Origin: a virus
Length of the DNA: 64,000 nt
Strand: one strand, 5' to 3'
Virus record (IMG/VR): IMGVR_UViG_3300005921_000006
Coordinates: 1 to 64,000 of that record
Positions 48,766 to 58,166 of the stretch are shown in pieces. The notes under the pieces are model-generated. The model worked only from the letters and a program-made list of their open reading frames with translations. It did not search any database and had not been told where the DNA came from. A program made the translations under genes and the position numbers. Position 1 is the first letter of the stretch, and each line of letters begins with the position of its first letter.

Positions 48766-50102
48766 GCTGCGCTTAACCTCCAACTCGCACATTCCGTCTT
48801 CAGCACGTAGCGCACATTGTCCGGCCCGTCGTCCTTTACCTTTACCGGCTTTTCTTCCCCGCGAGCGCTGGCCTTTACGTCCCACACGTAAGTTTGAATC
48901 TGCTTAATGGTTTCGCCCACGTGATTATGGAACGGCGAGCCACCATCGTACATATAGTCTTCGGGAGGACGCTTAAACCGCACCCGGCCCAAGGCCATCA
49001 ATGTAGCGACGGTCTTTATGCCGTCCAGCACTTCGTTATCCGCATCGCAGTGCCAAATGCCCGCCTGCGTAAGCTCAGCGTCGAAGCTAGCGCACTCCGG
49101 GGGAAGAATTACTTTCGCGCCCGTCTTAATCGACTTTAAAAACTGCTCCAGGTCTTCCCGGTACTGGCGGTCAGTTTTCTGCCGCATGGTAACGTGGGAA
49201 TCCCACCAGTACTCGCGGTCAAACCAGAAGTTCGTGCCGTCGTCGTAGCAGTCCAGGTACACCTGCACGTGGTCTACACCACAATCCACGCCCACGTAGC
49301 GGGCTACGATATGCCCCGAGGCTTTCATCTTATCGTCGAACACCTTACCCGGCTTGCCGTTCCGCATGGTCCAGGGCTTATCGTCATACAGCAAGTCCTC
49401 CGACCATACGTCTTTATAGATCGCGCCTTCGCCCGTTACCCACAAGCCCAACACGAAGCGCTGGTGGTAGAGCGAACCGGGTGGGTACACGGCTTCCAGG
49501 TTCTTCTTATAATCTTTGGGCAGGTTGGGGTTGTCTTCCAACTCAAAATGTTCCGACCATAGCCGTCCGCTCTTACGCAGTTCTTTATTGTCGAGGAAAT
49601 CGGTCTTGATGTAGTGGAACGGCGTATCGGTATTAGTGGTGGCGTACAGCCGAGCGCCTTCTACCGACATACGGTTGAGCAAAGTAAGCACGAAGCTACG
49701 GACCTGAAGCGTAAGCTCATCGCACACAGCCACGCCTACGGTAAGCCCGCGCAGCGTCTTCTCGCTGCCTTCGTCTTTCGCGCCAATTACTAACCACTTA
49801 CTGCCGAATAGGTCCAATTCCCCGCTCTGACGGTTAAAGCCGTAATTGTCTTTGCCGATAATGTTGAACAGGTCGTTCAGCACGTTACGGTAAATGGTTT
49901 CCTTGGTCACGCCCGTAAAAAGTCGCCAGCCTTTTACCGGGTACTTACACAAGGCAATAATCTTCGGGATGCAGCCCCAGGTTTTCGCCGACCGGACGGA
50001 GCCTTCTAGTATGTTGAGCCAAGCGTCAGCCTCCGGCGCTCGATACGCGAAGTCGTAGCACTTTTGCCCCAGCGGGAGGAACACGCGGTCGTCTTGAATC
50101 AC
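48762..50102 (-). CDS. terL: Terminase large subunit (PBSX-like)
   Basis: 'EGSVRSAKT', 'LRGLT...CDE', 'ATTN', 'LEDNP', 'GLWVTGEGAIY', 'GVDCG', 'DDGPDNVRY'. Confidence 0.92.
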   Translation of the reverse strand: MIQDDRVFLPLGQKCYDFAYRAPEADAWLNILEGSVRSAKTWGCIPKIIALCKYPVKGWRLFTGVTKETIYRNVLNDLFNIIGKDNYGFNRQSGELDLFGSKWLVIGAKDEGSEKTLRGLTVGVAVCDELTLQVRSFVLTLLNRMSVEGARLYATTNTDTPFHYIKTDFLDNKELRKSGRLWSEHFELEDNPNLPKDYKKNLEAVYPPGSLYHQRFVLGLWVTGEGAIYKDVWSEDLLYDDKPWTMRNGKPGKVFDDKMKASGHIVARYVGVDCGVDHVQVYLDCYDDGTNFWFDREYWWDSHVTMRQKTDRQYREDLEQFLKSIKTGAKVILPPECASFDAELTQAGIWHCDADNEVLDGIKTVATLMALGRVRFKRPPEDYMYDGGSPFHNHVGETIKQIQTYVWDVKASARGEEKPVKVKDDGPDNVRYVLKTECASWRLSAA

Positions 50103-50551
50103 TTCTTCACCGGGCCGTGCTTCATAGCGTCCACAATTTCCTGGAGCCGGTCTTTGTCTTTCGTCTTCAACTCGCCGTCCAGCCCGCGCAACTTCATTAG
50201 CAGCTTGAGAGCCTCAATGCGCTTTTCAATACTAAGCTCTTTGGTGTAGCCCGCAACCACGCGCTGCTCGCCGTAACCTTCGCAGTCCTCCACAACTTTA
50301 ATGCTGCACAAAGCCCGGGCCGTGTACTCATCCAGCATATCCACGGGAAGCAGCCGGCCTTGAGTGTCGTAAAGGCTGCGCTGATCGAAGAAAGCCAGGA
50401 AGATAATGAACTGCTCAATTTCAGCATTGGTAGCGGATGTCTTAGGCGGACCGGAGATAAACGGTTTAGGTTTTTCCTGCCGCTCGGCAGCACGGCGCAC
50501 GGAACTGGGTGCCCAGGGCTTAGTTTCTTCGGGCTGCTTTTTACGAGCCAC
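50099..50551 (-). CDS. terS: Terminase small subunit
   Basis: 'LAFFDQRSLYD..G.L..', 'KRIEALKLL'; directly upstream of terL. Confidence 0.7.
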   Translation of the reverse strand: MARKKQPEETKPWAPSSVRRAAERQEKPKPFISGPPKTSATNAEIEQFIIFLAFFDQRSLYDTQGRLLPVDMLDEYTARALCSIKVVEDCEGYGEQRVVAGYTKELSIEKRIEALKLLMKLRGLDGELKTKDKDRLQEIVDAMKHGPVKK

Positions 50552-50554
50552 ACC

Positions 50555-50893
50555 TTAAAATCGCTCCGCCTTCATCCACAGCCGTTCGCGCCGTTCTTTT
50601 GCGTCGGTTTCCTGCCCCAGTGGGGGGTAGCTGGTCATAAACAACGGCACGTGGTAATCCGGCGCGTTCAGCACTTCGTGCTTGATTTTTACTGCCAGAT
50701 TACCACGTAGCCGCTTACGCACTTGGCTCCAGGGTTCCCGCGTAAGCTGAATCAAGGCGTCCCGGTTGGCGGACCACTTTACGGCAAAGTGAGTAAGGGC
50801 GAGTAGGGCGAGGGACTTGGAAGCGGAGTGCGGAGGGCAAGGGGGGAGGGTTGTGGTGCCGAAAGGGTAGACCGGGATTCTAGCGCTTGACAA
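50555..50893 (-). CDS. Hypothetical protein
   Basis: ORF track. Confidence 0.45.
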   Translation of the reverse strand: MSSARIPVYPFGTTTLPPCPPHSASKSLALLALTHFAVKWSANRDALIQLTREPWSQVRKRLRGNLAVKIKHEVLNAPDYHVPLFMTSYPPLGQETDAKERRERLWMKAERF

Positions 50894-51137
50894 TTTCGCG
50901 TCCGTATACGGCGCAATCGACTACGGTGGGAAGTATGATAGGCGAACTTACAATCGGTTCGACGTAACAGCGAGCGTTTGTTGCTTGGCGCGGAATGCGA
51001 GGAGCCAACTTTTCGCAGCTACAAACCTGCTTTCCGCAATCACCGCAAATAGTAACCGCAGCTTTTCCCATCTCAGCACTCCCGAAGGAGTCAGCAGGCC
51101 CGAAACCGCAGGCCACCAAAATTTCCGGGAAACCCAC
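50880..51137 (-). CDS. Small Cys-rich hypothetical protein
   Basis: CGDCG...CSC. Confidence 0.45.
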   Translation of the reverse strand: MGFPEILVACGFGPADSFGSAEMGKAAVTICGDCGKQVCSCEKLAPRIPRQATNARCYVEPIVSSPIILPTVVDCAVYGREIVKR

Positions 51138-51189
51138 ACCGCCTACGTTTTAAGTATACGGGTCCGAGCCGTGGGGCGCTATACCGGGT

Positions 51190-51700
51190 TATACGGGGCG
51201 GTGGGGTAAACGTACGTACGTTTTAGTATTTAAATAATGCGTAACCCCGCGTAAACAGCGGACGAAACGCGCTTTTTGGGTGGGGTAGATTAGGCTGCCG
51301 GGAAATGCGTAACTAGTGTTTCGTGTAGTGTTTACGCGGGTAAAGCGAATAAAAGTTACTTAGTTACTTAGTTACTTATTTTAAAAATAAACGGGAGAAG
51401 AGGAAAAAACACACTCATTTATAATTAAATATAAAACGCCTAAAATGCGTAACGCGTAACTAGTACCTTGGAAAGCCGCGCCCGGCGCGGGTTTTACCAG
51501 TTACGCATTTAGTTACGCTCCTATCCATAATACTTTGCGTTACAAAGCCCGCTTAAACCTGCGTATTTAGCGGCTAAAACCAAGATCCAAAAACGCCCAT
51601 TTTAGTTACCTATTCGCCTAAGTTACGCAGTTACTTAGTTACCGATTATTTTAGGAATTACCCGACCTTGGCCACTAAGAGCCGAATGCGTAACTTTTGG
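51190..51700. promoter_or_regulatory. Putative replication origin / divergent control region with GTTAC/GTAAC iterons
   Basis: Non-coding, AT-rich; more than ten GTTAC or GTAAC pentamers including (AGTTACTT)x3 at 51354-51378; next to primase-helicase. Confidence 0.65.
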
Positions 51701-51716
51701 CTCTGCTTGTGGGATA

Positions 51717-51745
51717 TTTACTTACCGGGCCGTTTAGTATATATT
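51717..51745 (+). promoter_or_regulatory. Sigma70-like promoter
   Basis: TTTACT-17 bp-TATATT. Confidence 0.6.
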
Positions 51746-51775
51746 TAAGCGGTTGCGCTTTTTAAGGGGGTTTAA

Positions 51776-51961
51776 ATGGCCGAAGAGCGAACCATCGTGT
51801 CCGCCGATCTACCCAAAGAATTGGTAAAGTGGATGGACTTGCGTCTGGCCCAGAAACGGCTCGAAGCCTTGCAGAGCGGCAAAGAGGATTCCGTAATGCC
51901 TACGCGTTCCAGTTTTATCCGCGATCTTATTATCAAGGCCAAAAATAACGGCAATAAATAA
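51776..51961 (+). CDS. Ribbon-helix-helix (CopG-like) DNA-binding protein
   Basis: 'TIVSADLPKELVKWMD...TRSSFIRDLI'. Confidence 0.7.
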   Translation: MAEERTIVSADLPKELVKWMDLRLAQKRLEALQSGKEDSVMPTRSSFIRDLIIKAKNNGNK

Positions 51962-51971
51962 CGGAGCCGAA

Positions 51972-54044
51972 GTGCATACGATAGACGTTGTGCGTTCGGC
52001 TATGTTGCGCAAGATAAAAGACAGCGCCCTGGCCGAGAAGGATTTAAAGCGCTTGAAGTTCCAACCCTACACGGCGGAGTCCATCACCCTCCGCGCCGTC
52101 GAGCTGGGCATCCCCTACGTCCGGGAGCCAGGTTTTCTAATCCCGTACTTCGACGCAGCCCAAAAGCCCGTAAACTTTTTCCGCTATCGCTACCTGAAAG
52201 AGTTCCTCCCCCGAAACGGCTTCGCCGCGCTTACCGTACCGGACAAAAAAGCGATTAAGTACATGCAGCCCGGTGGTGAAATACCGCACGTGTATTTTTC
52301 GCCCCTGTTCGATTGGAAGGACTTTTTTAAGCACCCGCCCGCTAAAGCACCCCTCATCATTACGGAAGGCGAGTTAAAAGCCGCTTGTGGTACTAAATAC
52401 GGTTTTCCCGTTCTGGGTCTGGGTGGAGTCAGCAGTTTTATGAGTACGAAGAACGGCTTGGACTTGCTACCCGAGCTGGGCGCCATCGACTTTAAGGATC
52501 GCGTTGTATACATTGTTTTCGACTCTGACGCCGTGCACAAGCCCGACGTGCTTATTGCCAGTAATATGCTAGCTCGCCGCCTGCTGGCTCGCGAAGCCCA
52601 CGTGCACGTACAGTGGGTGCCCGAGCTAAACAAGGCTAAGACCGGGCTGGACGACTACATTGTAGCCAGAGGGAAAGAAGCATTTGATAAGCTGGTGAAC
52701 AGCTCGGAAGAGTGGTCCAAGAGCCGCGCCTTACATGAGTTTAATGACGAAGTAATATTTCTCCGCGAGAGCGACACCATTATGGAGCTGGCGCACCGCT
52801 ATCGCTGGAAGGCGGCCACGGCGGTAAGCAGCGTTTATAAGAATAAAACGTTTACTTTAAAAGAGACTAAAGGCAAAGAAGTAGTGTTGAAGACCTACAA
52901 CACCGCTGCGGAGTGGTGGAAGTGGGGAGGACGCTCGGAGCTGGATAGCATTACCTACGTACCCGGTGGGCCGCTGGTAATCGAATCGGCGGATACGAAC
53001 GGTGCAGTAACGAGGAATTACAATTGCTGGCAGGGCTGGGGAGTGGCCGAGAAGTATGTTTGCAAAGGGTCGATGGAAAACTGGCGGAAGCTTTTAGATT
53101 TTATTTTTACCGGTCACAAACCCGAATATCGCAAGTTTTTTGAACAGTGGCTGGCGTACCCCATTCAGTACCCTGGTACCAAACTTTTTTCCGCTGTAAG
53201 TATGTGGGGGAAACCGGGGGTGGGTAAATCGCTGATCGGCTATACCATGAAGCGGTTGTACGGTAACAACTTTACCAAAGTGACAGAGCGCGAGCTACAT
53301 GGCAATTTTAACGAGTGGGCCGAGTACCGGCAGTTTGCGCTAGGGGAAGAGATTACGGGTGGTGACAAGCGTGGGGTGGCGGACTACTTAAAGGACATTA
53401 TTACCCAGGAAGAACTGCGCATTAACCCCAAGCACATTAAAGCCTATACGCTTCCCGACTGTACCAACTGGTTTTTTACCTCCAACCACCCTGACGCTTT
53501 TTTCATAGAGGACGCCGACCGGCGGTTTTTTGTAATTGAGGTGAAGAATTCAGCCTTGGAGCGCAGTTTCTATAAGAAGTATAACGACTGGTTCCGCAGT
53601 GATGAGGGCGCGGGAGCGCTGATGTGGTATTTTCGTAACCTTAATCTGGACGGCTTCGACCCTATGGGCCACGCCATGGAAACGGAAAGCAAACGCGAGA
53701 TGATCAGCGACGGACGCAGCGACGTAGGCAGCTGGTGCGCTATGCTGCGGGAAAACCCCGACGAGGTACTGCGGCTGCCGGGCGGGGAACCGATCCAGCG
53801 TAAGCTGTGGACCAGCGGAGAGCTGTACGCGCTGTTCGACCCCACAGGTAAGGGGCGCGTGACGCAGAATGGGCTGGGCCGCGAGCTAAAGCGCGCCGGG
53901 TTCCGCAAGGCGCTAGAAGGTGCGCCGCTACGCACGAAATATGGGTTAGTAAAATTGTGGGTGATTCGCAACCCAGGGCCAATTAAAAACCCCAGTATGT
54001 TCGCTAAGTTATACGAACAGGAAATGGAAGGAAAATGCTCGTAG
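51972..54044 (+). CDS. Primase-helicase (DUF3854 Toprim-like + SF3/DUF5906 helicase)
   Basis: 'IITEGELKA', 'IVFDSD', 'GLDDY'; Walker A GKPGVGKS, 'LGEE', 'FTSN', 'DRRF'. Confidence 0.9.
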   Translation: MHTIDVVRSAMLRKIKDSALAEKDLKRLKFQPYTAESITLRAVELGIPYVREPGFLIPYFDAAQKPVNFFRYRYLKEFLPRNGFAALTVPDKKAIKYMQPGGEIPHVYFSPLFDWKDFFKHPPAKAPLIITEGELKAACGTKYGFPVLGLGGVSSFMSTKNGLDLLPELGAIDFKDRVVYIVFDSDAVHKPDVLIASNMLARRLLAREAHVHVQWVPELNKAKTGLDDYIVARGKEAFDKLVNSSEEWSKSRALHEFNDEVIFLRESDTIMELAHRYRWKAATAVSSVYKNKTFTLKETKGKEVVLKTYNTAAEWWKWGGRSELDSITYVPGGPLVIESADTNGAVTRNYNCWQGWGVAEKYVCKGSMENWRKLLDFIFTGHKPEYRKFFEQWLAYPIQYPGTKLFSAVSMWGKPGVGKSLIGYTMKRLYGNNFTKVTERELHGNFNEWAEYRQFALGEEITGGDKRGVADYLKDIITQEELRINPKHIKAYTLPDCTNWFFTSNHPDAFFIEDADRRFFVIEVKNSALERSFYKKYNDWFRSDEGAGALMWYFRNLNLDGFDPMGHAMETESKREMISDGRSDVGSWCAMLRENPDEVLRLPGGEPIQRKLWTSGELYALFDPTGKGRVTQNGLGRELKRAGFRKALEGAPLRTKYGLVKLWVIRNPGPIKNPSMFAKLYEQEMEGKCS

Positions 54045-54391
54045 CGGCGGATGTAGAACGAATAATGAAGGAAATCCCGAATCTTACCGCCAACGGCATA
54101 GAGCCGCTAATTGCGCCTAAGTTCGAAGAAAGTAGAAACGAGCTACGTACTTTTTTACCCCAGGTTCAGTACGTTGCAGCCTGCTTGGAAAAGCACTTCC
54201 GCCCCGGCGAGTTGTCTTGCAGCTCTTACGCGCTCAAGCACGAGGTAGAGCGTATCAGCCGGGAGGAAAACGACTACACCTACATAAGCAACGGTGCGTT
54301 TATCGCGGGTGCGATACTCTCCGGTTATTCGCCTCGTGTTGACTTAAACTTCATCAACGTGATGTTTAAGATTACGCGGAGGGAGCCGTGA
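54035..54391 (+). CDS. Conserved phage hypothetical protein
   Basis: 'SSYALKHEVE...YISNGAFIAGA' motif. Confidence 0.7.
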   Translation: MLVAADVERIMKEIPNLTANGIEPLIAPKFEESRNELRTFLPQVQYVAACLEKHFRPGELSCSSYALKHEVERISREENDYTYISNGAFIAGAILSGYSPRVDLNFINVMFKITRREP

Positions 54392-54648
54392 TTGACACCG
54401 CCGAATACGACCGTTTCCTAGAAGCCGAAGCCCGCTACCACGACCGACCACTGAAGGAGGATATCCCGCAAATAGTTGTAAACCAAGTTGCTCGCAGGCC
54501 GCCAGATAAGCACGGCAACCAACCCATATTAAAGTACGATTACTTCCTCCACCCCCGTTTCGGCGTGGTAAAAGCCCTGAACGATGGCGGAACGCTCGTA
54601 TGCAAATCGCCGGTATGCGAGGCGCTGGACCGGGAGCTGTTCGAGTAA
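54388..54648 (+). CDS. Hypothetical protein
   Basis: Coupled ORF. Confidence 0.55.
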   Translation: MIDTAEYDRFLEAEARYHDRPLKEDIPQIVVNQVARRPPDKHGNQPILKYDYFLHPRFGVVKALNDGGTLVCKSPVCEALDRELFE

Positions 54649-54657
54649 AATTAGCTA

Positions 54658-54686
54658 TTTACGTAACCCGTTAATTTTAGTACCCT
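54658..54686 (+). promoter_or_regulatory. Sigma70-like promoter
   Basis: AAAATTAGCTA-TTTACG-17 bp-TACCCT; parallels 58685-58724. Confidence 0.5.
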
Positions 54687-54703
54687 ATTAAAAGGAAACG
54701 CCG

Positions 54704-55051
54704 ATGCCTCTCACCACCAAATCCGAACCCACCCTGTACGCCGTCCTCCAGTCTCCCCCCGGCGCGACCAGGGAGGAACTGCACGAAGCGTACTTAAAAC
54801 TGGCGTTCGATCTGCGCCACGTAGTAGAAAGCACCACCCCAACCCCAGAAAAGGACGCCCAGCGGTTCCGCGAGATTACCGGGGCGTGGGGGGTGTTAAA
54901 GGACAGCAAAGCCCGCAGGCAGTACGACGCCAAGCTGAAGCTGGCAGGTAATCAGTGTACGAATTGCGAAGGTACGGGCCGCAAGTGGACGTTCGCCACC
55001 CGGCGTGAGGAGTTGTGTAAAGTCTGCAAGGGAACAGGACAAAAGCAATGA
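54704..55051 (+). CDS. DnaJ-like J-domain (no HPD) + CxxCxGxG zinc finger
   Basis: 'LYAVLQ...AT.EEL..AY.KLA...F.EI..AW.VL.D...RRQYD'; CTNCEGTG, CKVCKGTG. Confidence 0.8.
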   Translation: MPLTTKSEPTLYAVLQSPPGATREELHEAYLKLAFDLRHVVESTTPTPEKDAQRFREITGAWGVLKDSKARRQYDAKLKLAGNQCTNCEGTGRKWTFATRREELCKVCKGTGQKQ

Positions 55052-55407
55052 ACGCAGAACTGAAGCAGGCGAAGCAGCAGATCAGGCCGTATCTGAGACA
55101 GATTTCGGACACGGCATTGTGGCAGTTGTGCGCGATGGCGAAGGATGGGCGGATTGTGTGGGAGTCTGCGTGTAACTGTATCCGAGGCGTCGTGGGTGGA
55201 TGTTCTAATGACGGCTACTTGGAACAATCATCTGCGGCTGCCTTTATGGCGGAGCACGGGCTGCTCATGTTAGGCGTTCTTACTATTGACTGGGAGAGAG
55301 GATCGTACAACCACTATCGCAACCTCCGCCTGCTCCCGATGTGCCGTGCAGAGATGAGACGGCGATCCAGGGTCGCGCAGGCCGATAAAGAGGCGGTTGG
55401 AGTTTAA
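55048..55407 (+). CDS. Hypothetical protein
   Basis: Coupled ORF. Confidence 0.6.
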   Translation: MNAELKQAKQQIRPYLRQISDTALWQLCAMAKDGRIVWESACNCIRGVVGGCSNDGYLEQSSAAAFMAEHGLLMLGVLTIDWERGSYNHYRNLRLLPMCRAEMRRRSRVAQADKEAVGV

Positions 55408-55420
55408 AGGAGGAAGCAAA

Positions 55421-55663
55421 ATGAGTGTACCGTTGAATCAGCAAGACTATGAGCGGTTCAAGAAGCTCGCTGACGCCGTAATGCAGTCTGGCGAAGGCGA
55501 GATCAGCATTTACACCAGTCACAACCGGCAGCCGAAAGGCTGCTATGTCTCAATCGAGATGAGGTGCAATTCGTTGGCGTCGGAAAAACTGGAGGAGATC
55601 TTTAACTGTGCTCCTCTCCCTGCCGCGCCGCAGCCTGTAATGAAATCGGCAGACGACTATTGA
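55421..55663 (+). CDS. Hypothetical protein
   Basis: AAGGAGG RBS. Confidence 0.6.
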   Translation: MSVPLNQQDYERFKKLADAVMQSGEGEISIYTSHNRQPKGCYVSIEMRCNSLASEKLEEIFNCAPLPAAPQPVMKSADDY

Positions 55664-55716
55664 AACTTTCCCTCGCCTCGCGGCGGGCGATCCAGGTTGG
55701 CGGTAAAGGAGGAAGC

Positions 55717-55983
55717 ATGCAGCACGACAGGCTTAAAACTACAGAGGCAGTTGTCGCAGAGTGGGGCTATATAGTCTTGCAAGCATGGATGCCACGAAAG
55801 AGGGGCGAAATTATAGTCGATGTTGATTTAGGACGGCTACCTCAACCATTTGCCGTGGTTGGAGAGGGAACGAAAGAGGATTTTTTGGCGCAGCGTGCCT
55901 TCGTGGATGCCTTAACTGGAAGCAAGCATCCTCTCGATTCTCATCGCCTTGCGCCTTACTTTTACAAGGTTGCGACAGACTGA
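55717..55983 (+). CDS. Hypothetical cassette protein
   Basis: AAGGAGG RBS; bounded by repeats. Confidence 0.6.
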   Translation: MQHDRLKTTEAVVAEWGYIVLQAWMPRKRGEIIVDVDLGRLPQPFAVVGEGTKEDFLAQRAFVDALTGSKHPLDSHRLAPYFYKVATD

Positions 55984-56030
55984 ATTGACTTTCCCTCGCC
56001 TCGCGGCGGGCGGACAGGAGGAGGATAAGC

Positions 56031-56609
56031 ATGAAGGTGTTTTGGAACAAAGAGAAGAAATCGCAAGAGGTAGATTCTATTCCAGTAGAGGAGCCGAAGA
56101 TGTCTCCGATAGAGGAGAATGTTCCTTCCAGTTACGAGGCTAAGCCTGACCTCGGGGCAGATGAATTCGCTGAATATCAGAGAGTGGCCAAGGCTATCGG
56201 ACTCGACACTCAGGAAGCGTTATTTAATGAGCGTATGCGTCATTGCTGCGTCGTGAACGGATTCCGCATCTACACCGTTTCACAGGTGGATAAGTTTCTG
56301 AACCGCAAATTAGGGGTCGGTAAATGGGAGTGGATGGGCCTGCGATTTGAAGATGTAGAGCATCTTGGCGGATGGTATACCACTTCGAGCGAGCCGCGCA
56401 TCAAATTCAGCAAGAAACAATATGGCCGGAAGATTCCCTTGCCTGTACTGCTGACCGTCCAGCGCGTGCTTGAAGAAGTTCCAGGTGCGCACTTTTATAT
56501 TTCAGGCATACCGGACGTGGATGACGACCCATTCCTCAGTGTCACGTGCCGGGCAGGTGATCAGTTCATCATTGAGCGATGGGATGAGCCGGATTTCAGA
56601 GAGGTTTAG
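56031..56609 (+). CDS. Hypothetical cassette protein
   Basis: GGAGGAGG RBS; 'Y..KIPLPVL...DDPFL...IIERWDEPDF'. Confidence 0.7.
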   Translation: MKVFWNKEKKSQEVDSIPVEEPKMSPIEENVPSSYEAKPDLGADEFAEYQRVAKAIGLDTQEALFNERMRHCCVVNGFRIYTVSQVDKFLNRKLGVGKWEWMGLRFEDVEHLGGWYTTSSEPRIKFSKKQYGRKIPLPVLLTVQRVLEEVPGAHFYISGIPDVDDDPFLSVTCRAGDQFIIERWDEPDFREV

Positions 56610-56750
56610 GCTTTCTGCCTGCCTCGCGGCGGGCGGGAGACGTGCGGCGGCCCTCGCAAGAGGCTCCCAGTACGGATTGGTGCTCGCTACAACCATCGCC
56701 GCACGGTTAGTCAAGCTCACTGGCGGCTAGAGCCGCAGAAAAGGAAGCGT

Positions 56751-57020
56751 ATGAGGCTAGTAAAGATCGAAGATACGACAGAGCCCGATAGTATATCCAA
56801 AGTGGCTACCGCACCGGGGCCGCTCGGAACGAAACAACAACGCCTATCAAGGCAGTGCGAAGATTGCGCGGCACAGATCGGCATAGGAACAAAACTCGCG
56901 GGAGAGTACCGAGAGGCTGAAGCTGCCGACCTGATCTATCTGTTTATGCGCGAATTATTCCATGAAGTGACCGGTTCCGTAGCTCCGCCAGAAGCCGAGC
57001 GCCAGCAGGAGAAGATATGA
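56751..57020 (+). CDS. Hypothetical protein
   Basis: AAGGA RBS. Confidence 0.55.
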   Translation: MRLVKIEDTTEPDSISKVATAPGPLGTKQQRLSRQCEDCAAQIGIGTKLAGEYREAEAADLIYLFMRELFHEVTGSVAPPEAERQQEKI

Positions 57021-57289
57021 ATTATTTCGATCCGCCCGACAAGACGCAGAGTGTTTTATCGCAACTGCCTCGCCGTGAGTTTATCGGTAAGGTTCGCCAT
57101 CGCCTGTTCGTTGACCACGATTGCGAATGGAATGGCGTGGTGCGAGAGATTACGGCTCAACTCGAACGTGATGAAATGGTGAACGCCGATATTGTTTGTG
57201 TTCATCTTGCGGAACACTATCGCATCAAGGCGTACTGGGCACGATTTCAAGCAGCGTTGGCCGAGCGGCCACAGCAGGAGGGAAAGTGA
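57017..57289 (+). CDS. Hypothetical protein
   Basis: Coupled ORF. Confidence 0.55.
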   Translation: MNYFDPPDKTQSVLSQLPRREFIGKVRHRLFVDHDCEWNGVVREITAQLERDEMVNADIVCVHLAEHYRIKAYWARFQAALAERPQQEGK

Positions 57290-57567
57290 GCGACAAGTTG
57301 TCTCGCCGCAAGAAGTACGCGGATTATATCGAAAGTATCATCAGTCCTGCGAATTCCAAGTGGGTGACCGATTCGCTCGTGCGAGATAGGCGCGTTGCTC
57401 TTTATGGCATCGACATTTGCATCTCGATGGAACTGAGTGGCAAGGTCGAACTGTCGCCGGTTATTCCGTGCTGTGGTCCGCTGCTGCGCCTAGTGAAGAA
57501 ATATCCAAAGCACACAGCGTTCCGATTCAATCGCAAGTCGCGCAAATGGAGGAGGCTTTTGAAATGA
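57286..57567 (+). CDS. Hypothetical basic protein
   Basis: GTG start with GGAGG RBS. Confidence 0.5.
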   Translation: MSDKLSRRKKYADYIESIISPANSKWVTDSLVRDRRVALYGIDICISMELSGKVELSPVIPCCGPLLRLVKKYPKHTAFRFNRKSRKWRRLLK

Positions 57568-57782
57568 CCGACAAACCCAAGGCAGAGCAGCAGGCAAGTG
57601 TGATCGACAGGCTGAAGGGGGAGTGGAGAAAGGCGGAGGGGTGCGAGAAATGACCATCGCCGAACAAATCGACTACGCCTTAAACGATAATCGCATTCCG
57701 GCGCGGCAGCGGCTGGAGCTGGCGGATAAGCTGCTGACTCAGCTACTAGACCTGGTAGGCGCGTTGCGGCAGGAAGTAAAAA

Positions 57783-58166
57783 GTGAAGTGCGCGGGTAAC
57801 CCCGCCTGCCCGTTCCCCCCGCTATTGGGTGGGGAATACTGCCAGGAGCACGAAATAGACCGGCGGATGCCGTTAACGTTGCACGAGATGAGCGGAGAGA
57901 GGATACGAATACTGGAAGAAGAGGGGGATTTGTGGCGAGGTTTTAGTCACCCGCCACGAGCAGAACGAGGGAGAGGAAGGCCAAAATTGATCGAAGAAAC
58001 GGAAGAAAGTAGGCAGCGCAGAGCGCGAGCGAATACGTATTGTATGGTACGCTTACCGGAAGGCCGGTTGTGCCAGAATCCAATTCCACTGACCGAAACA
58101 ATTTGCGAAGCCTGTAAAGAACGTTTGCTGCCCACACGAAAGGACGAAGATGCTGCTAAGTTATAA
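57783..58166 (+). CDS. Zn-finger/AT-hook-like protein
   Basis: Two Cys clusters; GRGRPK. Confidence 0.55.
   Translation: MKCAGNPACPFPPLLGGEYCQEHEIDRRMPLTLHEMSGERIRILEEEGDLWRGFSHPPRAERGRGRPKLIEETEESRQRRARANTYCMVRLPEGRLCQNPIPLTETICEACKERLLPTRKDEDAAKL

Larger units (their letters stand above)
55665..56635 (+). repeat. Dispersed intergenic direct repeat ACTTTCCCTCGCCTCGCGGCGGGCG (55665-55689 and 55988-56012 identical; 56611-56635 variant)
   Basis: Each copy lies immediately after a stop codon. Confidence 0.9.

Noticed and set aside
8645-51137. Many + strand ORFs antisense to structural genes
   Set aside because: Shadow ORFs of GC-rich minus-strand genes with no recognisable motifs
56636-56740. 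tRNA gene
   Set aside because: No T-loop GTTC motif or cloverleaf spacing
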